DNA from: Auanema rhodensis | Taxonomy: Eukaryota; Animalia; Nematoda | Length of the DNA stretch: 64,000 bases | Assembly (NCBI GenBank): GCA_964057225.1 | Contig: OZ059897.1 | Coordinates: 17,422,001 to 17,486,000, forward strand | Direction: 5' to 3' | Shown: piece by piece, positions 29,101-44,100 of the stretch | Layout of the letters: each line of letters starts with the position of its first letter | Position numbering within the stretch: the stretch's first letter is position 1 | Position numbers and translations under genes: made by a program | Notes under the pieces: model-generated | Database searches by the model: none | Told to the model about the DNA's origin: nothing | Seen by the model: the letters and a program-made list of their open reading frames with translations, nothing else

Positions 29101-32100
29101 GGCAAAGACGATGGACAATGTTATTCAACGAAAAAATTTATTCTTCAGGGTGAAAATCGAGGATATAAGTGTGAACTTATATCAGTTGATATCTCGGTGC
29201 ATTTTTAAGCTAGCGCAAATCTGATAACACAGATCGACGCAGCTTAAAAATCCGCATCGAATGCACTATACTACATTGAGAAACGCTTAATACAAAAATT
29301 AGTTATGATCGTTTGAAAAATGATGCATTAGTGTATGTTGAGTTTCCATGTACACTCAACATTGCTTCCAAAAACATTTTGACAAAACTTTTTTCGAAAA
29401 ATTTCAAGATAATTTAGCAAAAAGTAGATGTTTTTAGATTCCTTTTTTCAAGGCAAAGACGATGGACAATGTTATTCAACGAAAAAAACAATTCTTCAGG
29501 GTGAAAATCGAGGATATAAGTGTGAACTTATATCAGTTGATATATCGGTGCATTTTTAAGCTAGCGCAAATCTGATAACACAGATCGACGCAGCTTACAA
29601 ATCCGCATCGAATGCACTATACTACATTGAGAAACGCTTAATACAAAAATTAGTTATGATCGTTTGAAAAATGATGCATTAGTGTATGTTGAGTTTCCAT
29701 GTACACTCAACATTGCTTCCAAAAACATTTTGACAAAAATTTTTTCGAAAAATTTCAAAATAATTTAGCAAAAAGTAGATGTTTTTAGATTCCTTTTTTC
29801 AAGGCAAAGACGATGGACAATGTTATTCAACGAAAAAAACAATTCTTCAGGGTGAAAATCGAGGATATAAGTGTGAACTTATATCAGTTGATATATCGGT
29901 GCATTTTTAAGCTAGCGCAAATCTGATAACACAGATCGACGCAGCTTAAAAATCCGCATCGAATGCACTATACTACATTGAGAAACGCTTGATACAAAAA
30001 TTAGTTCTGATCGTTTGAAAAATGATGCATTAGTGTATGTTGAGTTTCCATGTACACTCAACATTGCTTCCAAAAACATTTTGACAAAAATTTTTTCGAA
30101 AAATTTCAAAATAATTTAGCAAAAAGTAGATGTTTTTAGATTCCTTTTTTCAAGGCAAAGACGATGGACAATGTTATTCAACGAAAAAATTTATTCTTCA
30201 GGGTGAAAATCGAGGATATAAGTGTGAACTTATATCAGTTGATATCTCGGTGCATTTTTAAGCTAGCGCAAATCTGATAACACAGATCGACGCAGCTTAA
30301 AAATCCGCATCGAATGCACTATACTACATTGAGAAACGCTTAATACAAAAATTAGTTATGATCGTTTGAAAAATGATGCATTAGTGTATGTTGAGTTTCC
30401 ATGTACACTCAACATTGCTTCCAAAAACATTTTGACAAAACTTTTTTCGAAAAATTTCAAGATAATTTAGCAAAAAGTAGATGTTTTTAGATTCCTTTTT
30501 TCAAGGCAAAGACGATGGACAATGTTATTCAACGAAAAAAACAATTCTTCAGGGTGAAAATCGAGGATATAAGTGTGAACTTATATCAGTTGATATATCG
30601 GTGCATTTTTAAGCTAGCGCAAATCTGATAACACAGATCGACGCAGCTTACAAATCCGCATCGAATGCACTATACTACATTGAGAAACGCTTAATACAAA
30701 AATTAGTTATGATCGTTTGAAAAATGATGCATTAGTGTATGTTGAGTTTCCATGTACACTCAACATTGCTTCCAAAAACATTTTGACAAAAATTTTTTCG
30801 AAAAATTTCAAGATAATTTAGCAAAAAGTAGATGTTTTTAGATTCCTTTTTTCAAGGCAAAGACGATGGACAATGTTATTCAACGAAAAAATTAATTCTT
30901 CAGGGTGAAAATCGAGGATATAAGTGTGAACTTATATCAGTTGATATCTCGGTGCATTTTTAAGCTAGCGCAAATCTGATAACACAGATCGACGCAGCTT
31001 AAAAATCCGCATCGAATGCACTATACTACATTGAGAAACGCTTGATACAAAAATTAGTTCTGATCGTTTGAAAAATGATGCATTAGTGTATGTTGAGTTT
31101 CCATGTACACTCAACATTGCTTCCAAAAACATTTTGACAAAAATTTTTTCGAAAAATTTCAAAATAATTTAGCAAAAAGTAGATGTTTTTAGATTCCTTT
31201 TTTCAAGGCAAAGACGATGGACAATGTTATTCAACGAAAAAATTTATTCTTCAGGGTGAAAATCGAGGATATAAGTGTGAACTTATATCAGTTGATATCT
31301 CGGGGCATTTTTAAGCTAGCGCAAATCTGATAACACAGATCGACGCAGCTTAAAAATCCGCATCGAATGCACTATACTACATTGAGAAACGCTTAATACA
31401 AAAATTAGTTATGATCGTTTGAAAAATGATGCATTAGTGTATGTTGAGTTTCCATGTACACTCAACATTGCTTCCAAAAACATTTTGACAAAACTTTTTT
31501 CGAAAAATTTCAAGATAATTTAGCAAAAAGTAGATGTTTTTAGATTCCTTTTTTCAAGGCAAAGACGATGGACAATGTTATTCAACGAAAAAAACAATTC
31601 TTCAGGGTGAAAATCGAGGATATAAGTGTGAACTTATATCAGTTGATATATCGGTGCATTTTTAAGCTAGCGCAAATCTGATAACACAGATCGACGCAGC
31701 TTACAAATCCGCATCGAATGCACTATACTACATTGAGAAACGCTTAATACAAAAATTAGTTATGATCGTTTGAAAAATGATGCATTAGTGTATGTTGAGT
31801 TTCCATGTACACTCAACATTGCTTCCAAAAACATTTTGACAAAAATTTTTTCGAAAAATTTCAAAATAATTTAGCAAAAAGTAGATGTTTTTAGATTCCT
31901 TTTTTCAAGGCAAAGACGATGGACAATGTTATTCAACGAAAAAAACAATTCTTCAGGGTGAAAATCGAGGATATAAGTGTGAACTTATATCAGTTGATAT
32001 ATCGGTGCATTTTTAAGCTAGCGCAAATCTGATAACACAGATCGACGCAGCTTAAAAATCCGCATCGAATGCACTATACTACATTGAGAAACGCTTGATA

Positions 32101-35100
32101 CAAAAATTAGTTCTGATCGTTTGAAAAATGATGCATTAGTGTATGTTGAGTTTCCATGTACACTCAACATTGCTTCCAAAAACATTTTGACAAAAATTTT
32201 TTCGAAAAATTTCAAGATAATTTAGCAAAAAGTAGATGTTTTTAGATTCCTTTTTTCAAGGCAAAGACGATGGACAATGTTATTCAACGAAAAAATTAAT
32301 TCTTCAGGGTGAAAATCGAGGATATAAGTGTGAACTTATATCAGTTGATATCTCGGTGCATTTTTAAGCTAGCGCAAATCTGATAACACAGATCGACGCA
32401 GCTTAAAAATCCGCATCGAATGCACTATACTACATTGAGAAACGCTTGATACAAAAATTAGTTCTGATCGTTTGAAAAATGATGCATTAGTGTATGTTGA
32501 GTTTCCATGTACACTCAACATTGCTTCCAAAAACATTTTGACAAAAATTTTTTCGAAAAATTTCAAAATAATTTAGCAAAAAGTAGATGTTTTTAGATTC
32601 CTTTTTTCAAGGCAAAGACGATGGACAATGTTATTCAACGAAAAAATTTATTCTTCAGGGTGAAAATCGAGGATATAAGTGTGAACTTATATCAGTTGAT
32701 ATCTCGGTGCATTTTTAAGCTAGCGCAAATCTGATAACACAGATCGACGCAGCTTAAAAATCCGCATCGAATGCACTATACTACATTGAGAAACGCTTAA
32801 TACAAAAATTAGTTATGATCGTTTGAAAAATGATGCATTAGTGTATGTTGAGTTTCCATGTACACTCAACATTGCTTCCAAAAACATTTTGACAAAACTT
32901 TTTTCGAAAAATTTCAAGATAATTTAGCAAAAAGTAGATGTTTTTAGATTCCTTTTTTCAAGGCAAAGACGATGGACAATGTTATTCAACGAAAAAAACA
33001 ATTCTTCAGGGTGAAAATCGAGGATATAAGTGTGAACTTATATCAGTTGATATATCGGTGCATTTTTAAGCTAGCGCAAATCTGATAACACAGATCGACG
33101 CAGCTTACAAATCCGCATCGAATGCACTATACTACATTGAGAAACGCTTAATACAAAAATTAGTTATGATCGTTTGAAAAATGATGCATTAGTGTATGTT
33201 GAGTTTCCATGTACACTCAACATTGCTTCCAAAAACATTTTGACAAAAATTTTTTCGAAAAATTTCAAAATAATTTAGCAAAAAGTAGATGTTTTTAGAT
33301 TCCTTTTTTCAAGGCAAAGACGATGGACAATGTTATTCAACGAAAAAAACAATTCTTCAGGGTGAAAATCGAGGATATAAGTGTGAACTTATATCAGTTG
33401 ATATATCGGTGCATTTTTAAGCTAGCGCAAATCTGATAACACAGATCGACGCAGCTTAAAAATCCGCATCGAATGCACTATACTACATTGAGAAACGCTT
33501 GATACAAAAATTAGTTCTGATCGTTTGAAAAATGATGCATTAGTGTATGTTGAGTTTCCATGTACACTCAACATTGCTTCCAAAAACATTTTGACAAAAA
33601 TTTTTTCGAAAAATTTCAAGATAATTTAGCAAAAAGTAGATGTTTTTAGATTCCTTTTTTCAAGGCAAAGACGATGGACAATGTTATTCAACGAAAAAAT
33701 TAATTCTTCAGGGTGAAAATCGGGGATATAAGTGTGAACTTATATCAGTTGATATCTCGGTGCATTTTTAAGCTAGCGCAAATCTGATAACACAGATCGA
33801 CGTAGCTTAAAAATCCGCATCGAATGCACTATACTACATTGAGAAACGCTTAATACAAAAATTAGTTATGATCGTTTGAAAAATGATGCATTAGTGTATG
33901 TTGAGTTTCCATGTACACTCAACATTGCTTCCAAAAACATTTTGACAAAACTTTTTTCGAAAAATTTCAAGATAATTTAGCAAAAAGTAGATGTTTTTAG
34001 ATTCCTTTTTTCAAGGCAAAGACGATGGACAATGTTATTCAACGAAAAAAACAATTCTTCAGGGTGAAAATCGAGGATATAAGTGTGAACTTATATCAGT
34101 TGATATATCGGTGCATTTTTAAGCTAGCGCAAATCTGATAACACAGATCGACGCAGCTTACAAATCCGCATCGAATGCACTATACTACATTGAGAAACGC
34201 TTAATACAAAAATTAGTTATGATCGTTTGAAAAATGATGCATTAGTGTATGTTGAGTTTCCATGTACACTCAACATTGCTTCCAAAAACATTTTGACGAA
34301 AATTTTTTCGAAAAATTTCAAGATAATTTAGCAAAAAGTAGATGTTTTTAGATTCCTTTTTTCAAGGCAAAGACGATGGACAATGTTATTCAACGAAAAA
34401 ATTAATTCTTCAGGGTGAAAATCGAGGATATAAGTGTGAACTTATATCAGTTGATATCTCGGTGCATTTTTAAGCTAGCGCAAATCTGATAACACAGATC
34501 GACGCAGCTTAAAAATCCGCATCGAATGCACTATACTACATTGAGAAACGCTTGATACAAAAATTAGTTCTGATCGTTTGAAAAATGATGCATTAGTGTA
34601 TGTTGAGTTTCCATGTACACTCAACATTGCTTCCAAAAACATTTTGACAAAAATTTTTTCGAAAAATTTCAAAATAATTTAGCAAAAAGTAGATGTTTTT
34701 AGATTCCTTTTTTCAAGGCAAAGACGATGGACAATGTTATTCAACGAAAAAATTTATTCTTCAGGGTGAAAATCGAGGATATAAGTGTGAACTTATATCA
34801 GTTGATATCTCGGTGCATTTTTAAGCTAGCGCAAATCTGATAACACAGATCGACGCAGCTTAAAAATCCGCATCGAATGCACTATACTACATTGAGAAAC
34901 GCTTAATACAAAAATTAGTTATGATCGTTTGAAAAATGATGCATTAGTGTATGTTGAGTTTCCATGTACACTCAACATTGCTTCCAAAAACATTTTGACA
35001 AAACTTTTTTCGAAAAATTTCAAGATAATTTAGCAAAAAGTAGATGTTTTTAGATTCCTTTTTTCAAGGCAAAGACGATGGACAATGTTATTCAACAAAA

Positions 35101-38100
35101 AAAACAATTCTTCAGGGTGAAAATCGAGGATATAAGTGTGAACTTATATCAGTTGATATATCGGTGCATTTTTAAGCTAGCGCAAATCTGATAACACAGA
35201 TCGACGCAGCTTACAAATCCGCATCGAATGCACTATACTACATTGAGAAACGCTTAATACAAAAATTAGTTATGATCGTTTGAAAAATGATGCATTAGTG
35301 TATGTTGAGTTTCCATGTACACTCAACATTGCTTCCAAAAACATTTTGACAAAAATTTTTTCGAAAAATTTCAAAATAATTTAGCAAAAAGTAGATGTTT
35401 TTAGATTCCTTTTTTCAAGGCAAAGACGATGGACAATGTTATTCAACGAAAAAAACAATTCTTCAGGGTGAAAATCGAGGATATAAGTGTGAACTTATAT
35501 CAGTTGATATATCGGTGCATTTTTAAGCTAGCGCAAATCTGATAACACAGATCGACGCAGCTTAAAAATCCGCATCGAATGCACTATACTACATTGAGAA
35601 ACGCTTGATACAAAAATTAGTTCTGATCGTTTGAAAAATGATGCATTAGTGTATGTTGAGTTTCCATGTACACTCAACATTGCTTCCAAAAACATTTTGA
35701 CAAAAATTTTTTCGAAAAATTTCAAGATAATTTAGCAAAAAGTAGATGTTTTTAGATTCCTTTTTTCAAGGCAAAGACGATGGACAATGTTATTCAACGA
35801 AAAAATTAATTCTTCAGGGTGAAAATCGAGGATATAAGTGTGAACTTATATCAGTTGATATCTCGGTGCATTTTTAAGCTAGCGCAAATCTGATAACACA
35901 GATCGACGTAGCTTAAAAATCCGCATCGAATGCACTATACTACATTGAGAAACGCTTAATACAAAAATTAGTTATGATCGTTTGAAAAATGATGCATTAG
36001 TGTATGTTGAGTTTCCATGTACACTCAACATTGCTTCCAAAAACATTTTGACAAAAATTTTTTCGAAAAATTTCAAAATAATTTAGCAAAAAGTAGATGT
36101 TTTTAGATTCCTTTTTTCAAGGCAAAGACGATGGACAATGTTATTCAACGAAAAAAACAATTCTTCAGGGTGAAAATCGAGGATATAAGTGTGAACTTAT
36201 ATCAGTTGATATATCGGTGCATTTTTAAGCTAGCGCAAATCTGATAACACAGATCGACGCAGCTTAAAAATCCGCATCGAATGCACTATACTACATTGAG
36301 AAACGCTTGATACAAAAATTAGTTCTGATCGTTTGAAAAATGATGCATTAGTGTATGTTGAGTTTCCATGTACACTCAACATTGCTTCCAAAAACATTTT
36401 GACAAAAATTTTTTCGAAAAATTTCAAAATAATTTAGCAAAAAGTAGATGTTTTTAGATTCCTTTTTTCAAGGCAAAGACGATGGACAATGTTATTCAAC
36501 GAAAAAATTTATTCTTCAGGGTGAAAATCGAGGATATAAGTGTGAACTTATATCAGTTGATATCTCGGTGCATTTTTAAGCTAGCGCAAATCTGATAACA
36601 CAGATCGACGCAGCTTAAAAATCCGCATCGAATGCACTATACTACATTGAGAAACGCTTAATACAAAAATTAGTTATGATCGTTTGAAAAATGATGCATT
36701 AGTGTATGTTGAGTTTCCATGTACACTCAACATTGCTTCCAAAAACATTTTGACAAAACTTTTTTCGAAAAATTTCAAGATAATTTAGCGAAAAGTAGAT
36801 GTTTTTAGATTCCTTTTTTCAAGGCAAAGACGATGGACAATGTTATTCAACGAAAAAAACAATTCTTCAGGGTGAAAATCGAGGATATAAGTGTGAACTT
36901 ATATCAGTTGATATATCGGTGCATTTTTAAGCTAGCGCAAATCTGATAACACAGATCGACGCAGCTTACAAATCCGCATCGAATGCACTATACTACATTG
37001 AGAAACGCTTAATACAAAAATTAGTTATGATCGTTTGAAAAATGATGCATTAGTGTATGTTGAGTTTCCATGTACACTCAACATTGCTTCCAAAACATTT
37101 TGACAAAAATTTTTTCGAAAAATTTCAAGATAATTTAGCAAAAAGTAGATGTTTTTAGATTCCTTTTTTCAAGGCAAAGACGATGGACAATGTTATTCAA
37201 CGAAAAAATTAATTCTTCAGGGTGAAAATCGAGGATATAAGTGTGAACTTATATCAGTTGATATCTCGGTGCATTTTTAAGCTAGCGCAAATCTGATAAC
37301 ACAGATCGACGCAGCTTAAAAATCCGCATCGAATGCACTATACTACATTGAGAAACGCTTGATACAAAAATTAGTTCTGATCGTTTGAAAAATGATGCAT
37401 TAGTGTATGTTGAGTTTCCATGTACACTCAACATTGCTTCCAAAAACATTTTGACAAAAATTTTTTCGAAAAATTTCAAAATAATTTAGCAAAAAGTAGA
37501 TGTTTTTAGATTCCTTTTTTCAAGGCAAAGACGATGGACAATGTTATTCAACGAAAAAATTTATTCTTCAGGGTGAAAATCGAGGATATAAGTGTGAACT
37601 TATATCAGTTGATATCTCGGTGCATTTTTAAGCTAGCGCAAATCTGATAACACAGATCGACGCAGCTTAAAAATCCGCATCGAATGCACTATACTACATT
37701 GAGAAACGCTTAATACAAAAATTAGTTATGATCGTTTGAAAAATGATGCATTAGTGTATGTTGAGTTTCCATGTACACTCAACATTGCTTCCAAAAACAT
37801 TTTGACAAAACTTTTTTCGAAAAATTTCAAGATAATTTAGCAAAAAGTAGATGTTTTTAGATTCCTTTTTTCAAGGCAAAGACGATGGACAATGTTATTC
37901 AACGAAAAAAACAATTCTTCAGGGTGAAAATCGAGGATATAAGTGTGAACTTATATCAGTTGATATATCGGTGCATTTTTAAGCTAGCGCAAATCTGATA
38001 ACACAGATCGACGCAGCTTACAAATCCGCATCGAATGCACTATACTACATTGAGAAACGCTTAATACAAAAATTAGTTATGATCGTTTGAAAAATGATGC

Positions 38101-41100
38101 ATTAGTGTATGTTGAGTTTCCATGTACACTCAACATTGCTTCCAAAAACATTTTGACAAAAATTTTTTCGAAAAATTTCAAAATAATTTAGCAAAAAGTA
38201 GATGTTTTTAGATTCCTTTTTTCAAGGCAAAGACGATGGACAATGTTATTCAACGAAAAAAACAATTCTTCAGGGTGAAAATCGAGGATATAAGTGTGAA
38301 CTTATATCAGTTGATATATCGGTGCATTTTTAAGCTAGCGCAAATCTGATAACACAGATCGACGCAGCTTAAAAATCCGCATCGAATGCACTATACTACA
38401 TTGAGAAACGCTTGATACAAAAATTAGTTCTGATCGTTTGAAAAATGATGCATTAGTGTATGTTGAGTTTCCATGTACACTCAACATTGCTTCCAAAAAC
38501 ATTTTGACAAAAATTTTTTCGAAAAATTTCAAGATAATTTAGCAAAAAGTAGATGTTTTTAGATTCCTTTTTTCAAGGCAAAGACGATGGACAATGTTAT
38601 TCAACGAAAAAATTAATTCTTCAGGGTGAAAATCGAGGATATAAGTGTGAACTTATATCAGTTGATATCTCGGTGCATTTTTAAGCTAGCGCAAATCTGA
38701 TAACACAGATCGACGCAGCTTAAAAATCCGCATCGAATGCACTATACTACATTGAGAAACGCTTGATACAAAAATTAGTTCTGATCGTTTGAAAAATGAT
38801 GCATTAGTGTATGTTGAGTTTCCATGTACACTCAACATTGCTTCCAAAAACATTTTGACAAAAATTTTTTCGAAAAATTTCAAAATAATTTAGCAAAAAG
38901 TAGATGTTTTTAGATTCCTTTTTTCAAGGCAAAGACGATGGACAATGTTATTCAACGAAAAAATTTATTCTTCAGGGTGAAAATCGAGGATATAAGTGTG
39001 AACTTATATCAGTTGATATCTCGGTGCATTTTTAAGCTAGCGCAAATCTGATAACACAGATCGACGCAGCTTAAAAATCCGCATCGAATGCACTATACTA
39101 CATTGAGAAACGCTTAATACAAAAATTAGTTATGATCGTTTGAAAAATGATGCATTAGTGTATGTTGAGTTTCCATGTACACTCAACATTGCTTCCAAAA
39201 ACATTTTGACAAAACTTTTTTCGAAAAATTTCAAGATAATTTAGCAAAAAGTAGATGTTTTTAGATTCCTTTTTTCAAGGCAAAGACGATGGACAATGTT
39301 ATTCAACGAAAAAAACAATTCTTCAGGGTGAAAATCGAGGATATAAGTGTGAACTTATATCAGTTGATATATCGGTGCATTTTTAAGCTAGCGCAAATCT
39401 GATAACACAGATCGACGCAGCTTACAAATCCGCATCGAATGCACTATACTACATTGAGAAACGCTTAATACAAAAATTAGTTATGATCGTTTGAAAAATG
39501 ATGCATTAGTGTATGTTGAGTTTCCATGTACACTCAACATTGCTTCCAAAAACATTTTGACAAAAATTTTTTCGAAAAATTTCAAAATAATTTAGCAAAA
39601 AGTAGATGTTTTTAGATTCCTTTTTTCAAGGCAAAGACGATGGACAATGTTATTCAACGAAAAAAACAATTCTTCAGGGTGAAAATCGAGGATATAAGTG
39701 TGAACTTATATCAGTTGATATATCGGTGCATTTTTAAGCTAGCGCAAATCTGATAACACAGATCGACGCAGCTTAAAAATCCGCATCGAATGCACTATAC
39801 TACATTGAGAAACGCTTGATACAAAAATTAGTTCTGATCGTTTGAAAAATGATGCATTAGTGTATGTTGAGTTTCCATGTACACTCAACATTGCTTCCAA
39901 AAACATTTTGACAAAAATTTTTTCGAAAAATTTCAAGATAATTTAGCAAAAAGTAGATGTTTTTAGATTCCTTTTTTCAAGGCAAAGACGATGGACAATG
40001 TTATTCAACGAAAAAATTAATTCTTCAGGGTGAAAATCGAGGATATAAGTGTGAACTTATATCAGTTGATATCTCGGTGCATTTTTAAGCTAGCGCAAAT
40101 CTGATAACACAGATCGACGTAGCTTAAAAATCCGCATCGAATGCACTATACTACATTGAGAAACGCTTAATACAAAAATTAGTTATGATCGTTTGAAAAA
40201 TGATGCATTAGTGTATGTTGAGTTTCCATGTACACTCAACATTGCTTCCAAAAACATTTTGACAAAAATTTTTTCGAAAAATTTCAAGATAATTTAGCAA
40301 AAAGTAGATGTTTTTAGATTCCTTTTTTCAAGGCAAAGACGATGGACAATGTTATTCAACGAAAAAAACAATTCTTCAGGGTGAAAATCGAGGATATAAG
40401 TGTGAACTTATATCAGTTGATATATCGGTGCATTTTTAAGCTAGCGCAAATCTGATAACACAGATCGACGCAGCTTAAAAATCCGCATCGAATGCACTAT
40501 ACTACATTGAGAAACGCTTGATACAAAAATTAGTTCTGATCGTTTGAAAAATGATGCATTAGTGTATGTTGAGTTTCCATGTACACTCAACATTGCTTCC
40601 AAAAACATTTTGACAAAAATTTTTTCGAAAAATTTCAAGATAATTTAGCAAAAAGTAGATGTTTTTAGATTCCTTTTTTCAAGGCAAAGACGATGGACAA
40701 TGTTATTCAACGAAAAAATTAATTCTTCAGGGTGAAAATCGAGGATATAAGTGTGAACTTATATCAGTTGATATCTCGGTGCATTTTTAAGCTAGCGCAA
40801 ATCTGATAACACAGATCGACGTAGCTTAAAAATCCGCATCGAATGCACTATACTACATTGAGAAACGCTTAATACAAAAATTAGTTATGATCGTTTGAAA
40901 AATGATGCATTAGTGTATGTTGAGTTTCCATGTACACTCAACATTGCTTCCAAAAACATTTTGACAAAACTTTTTTCGAAAAATTTCAAGATAATTTAGC
41001 AAAAAGTAGATGTTTTTAGATTCCTTTTTTCAAGGCAAAGACGATGGACAATGTTATTCAACGAAAAAAACAATTCTTCAGGGTGAAAATCGAGGATATA

Positions 41101-44100
41101 AGTGTGAACTTATATCAGTTGATATCTCGGTGCATTTTTAAGCTAGCGCAAATCTGATAACACAGATCGACGTAGCTTAAAAATCCGCATCGAATGCACT
41201 ATACTACATTGAGAAACGCTTAATACAAAAATTAGTTATGATCGTTTGAAAAATGATGCATTAGTGTATGTTGAGTTTCCATGTACACTCAACATTGCTT
41301 CCAAAAACATTTTGACAAAAATTTTTTCGAAAAATTTCAAGATAATTTAGCAAAAAGTAGATGTTTTTAGATTCCTTTTTTCAAGGCAAAGACGATGGAC
41401 AATGTTATTCAACGAAAAAAACAATTCTTCAGGGTGAAAATCGAGGATATAAGTGTGAACTTATATCAGTTGATATATCGGTGCATTTTTAAGCTAGCGC
41501 AAATCTGATAACACAGATCGACGCAGCTTAAAAATCCGCATCGAATGCACTATACTACATTGAGAAACGCTTGATACAAAAATTAGTTCTGATCGTTTGA
41601 AAAATGATGCATTAGTGTATGTTGAGTTTCCATGTACACTCAACATTGCTTCCAAAAACATTTTGACAAAAATTTTTTCGAAAAATTTCAAGATAATTTA
41701 GCAAAAAGTAGATGTTTTTAGATTCCTTTTTTCAAGGCAAAGACGATGGACAATGTTATTCAACGAAAAAATTAATTCTTCAGGGTGAAAATCGAGGATA
41801 TAAGTGTGAACTTATATCAGTTGATATCTCGGTGCATTTTTAAGCTAGCGCAAATCTGATAACACAGATCGACGTAGCTTAAAAATCCGCATCGAATGCA
41901 CTATACTACATTGAGAAACGCTTAATACAAAAATTAGTTATGATCGTTTGAAAAATGATGCATTAGTGTATGTTGAGTTTCCATGTACACTCAACATTGC
42001 TTCCAAAAACATTTTGACAAAACTTTTTTCGAAAAATTTCAAGATAATTTAGCAAAAAGTAGATGTTTTTAGATTCCTTTTTTCAAGGCAAAGACGATGG
42101 ACAATGTTATTCAACGAAAAAAACAATTCTTCAGGGTGAAAATCGAGGATATAAGTGTGAACTTATATCAGTTGATATATCGGTGCATTTTTAAGCTAGC
42201 GCAAATCTGATAACACAGATCGACGCAGCTTACAAATCCGCATCGAATGCACTATACTACATTGAGAAACGCTTAATACAAAAATTAGTTATGATCGTTT
42301 GAAAAATGATGCATTAGTGTATGTTGAGTTTCCATGTACACTCAACATTGCTTCCAAAAACATTTTGACAAAAATTTTTTCGAAAAATTTCAAGATAATT
42401 TAGCAAAAAGTAGATGTTTTTAGATTCCTTTTTTCAAGGCAAAGACGATGGACAATGTTATTCAACGAAAAAATTAATTCTTCAGGGTGAAAATCGAGGA
42501 TATAAGTGTGAACTTATATCAGTTGATATCTCGGTGCATTTTTAAGCTAGCGCAAATCTGATAACACAGATCGACGCAGCTTAAAAATCCGCATCGAATG
42601 CACTATACTACATTGAGAAACGCTTGATACAAAAATTAGTTCTGATCGTTTGAAAAATGATGCATTAGTGTATGTTGAGTTTCCATGTACACTCAACATT
42701 GCTTCCAAAAACATTTTGACAAAAATTTTTTCGAAAAATTTCAAAATAATTTAGCAAAAAGTAGATGTTTTTAGATTCCTTTTTTCAAGGCAAAGACGAT
42801 GGACAATGTTATTCAACGAAAAAATTTATTCTTCAGGGTGAAAATCGAGGATATAAGTGTGAACTTATATCAGTTGATATCTCGGTGCATTTTTAAGCTA
42901 GCGCAAATCTGATAACACAGATCGACGCAGCTTAAAAATCCGCATCGAATGCACTATACTACATTGAGAAACGCTTAATACAAAAATTAGTTATGATCGT
43001 TTGAAAAATGATGCATTAGTGTATGTTGAGTTTCCATGTACACTCAACATTGCTTCCAAAAACATTTTGACAAAACTTTTTTCGAAAAATTTCAAGATAA
43101 TTTAGCAAAAAGTAGATGTTTTTAGATTCCTTTTTTCAAGGCAAAGACGATGGACAATGTTATTCAACAAAAAAAACAATTCTTCAGGGTGAAAATCGAG
43201 GATATAAGTGTGAACTTATATCAGTTGATATATCGGTGCATTTTTAAGCTAGCGCAAATCTGATAACACAGATCGACGCAGCTTACAAATCCGCATCGAA
43301 TGCACTATACTACATTGAGAAACGCTTAATACAAAAATTAGTTATGATCGTTTGAAAAATGATGCATTAGTGTATGTTGAGTTTCCATGTACACTCAACA
43401 TTGCTTCCAAAAACATTTTGACAAAAATTTTTTCGAAAAATTTCAAAATAATTTAGCAAAAAGTAGATGTTTTTAGATTCCTTTTTTCAAGGCAAAGACG
43501 ATGGACAATGTTATTCAACGAAAAAAACAATTCTTCAGGGTGAAAATCGAGGATATAAGTGTGAACTTATATCAGTTGATATATCGGTGCATTTTTAAGC
43601 TAGCGCAAATCTGATAACACAGATCGACGCAGCTTAAAAATCCGCATCGAATGCACTATACTACATTGAGAAACGCTTGATACAAAAATTAGTTCTGATC
43701 GTTTGAAAAATGATGCATTAGTGTATGTTGAGTTTCCATGTACACTCAACATTGCTTCCAAAAACATTTTGACAAAAATTTTTTCGAAAAATTTCAAGAT
43801 AATTTAGCAAAAAGTAGATGTTTTTAGATTCCTTTTTTCAAGGCAAAGACGATGGACAATGTTATTCAACGAAAAAATTAATTCTTCAGGGTGAAAATCG
43901 AGGATATAAGTGTGAACTTATATCAGTTGATATCTCGGTGCATTTTTAAGCTAGCGCAAATCTGATAACACAGATCGACGTAGCTTAAAAATCCGCATCG
44001 AATGCACTATACTACATTGAGAAACGCTTAATACAAAAATTAGTTATGATCGTTTGAAAAATGATGCATTAGTGTATGTTGAGTTTCCATGTACACTCAA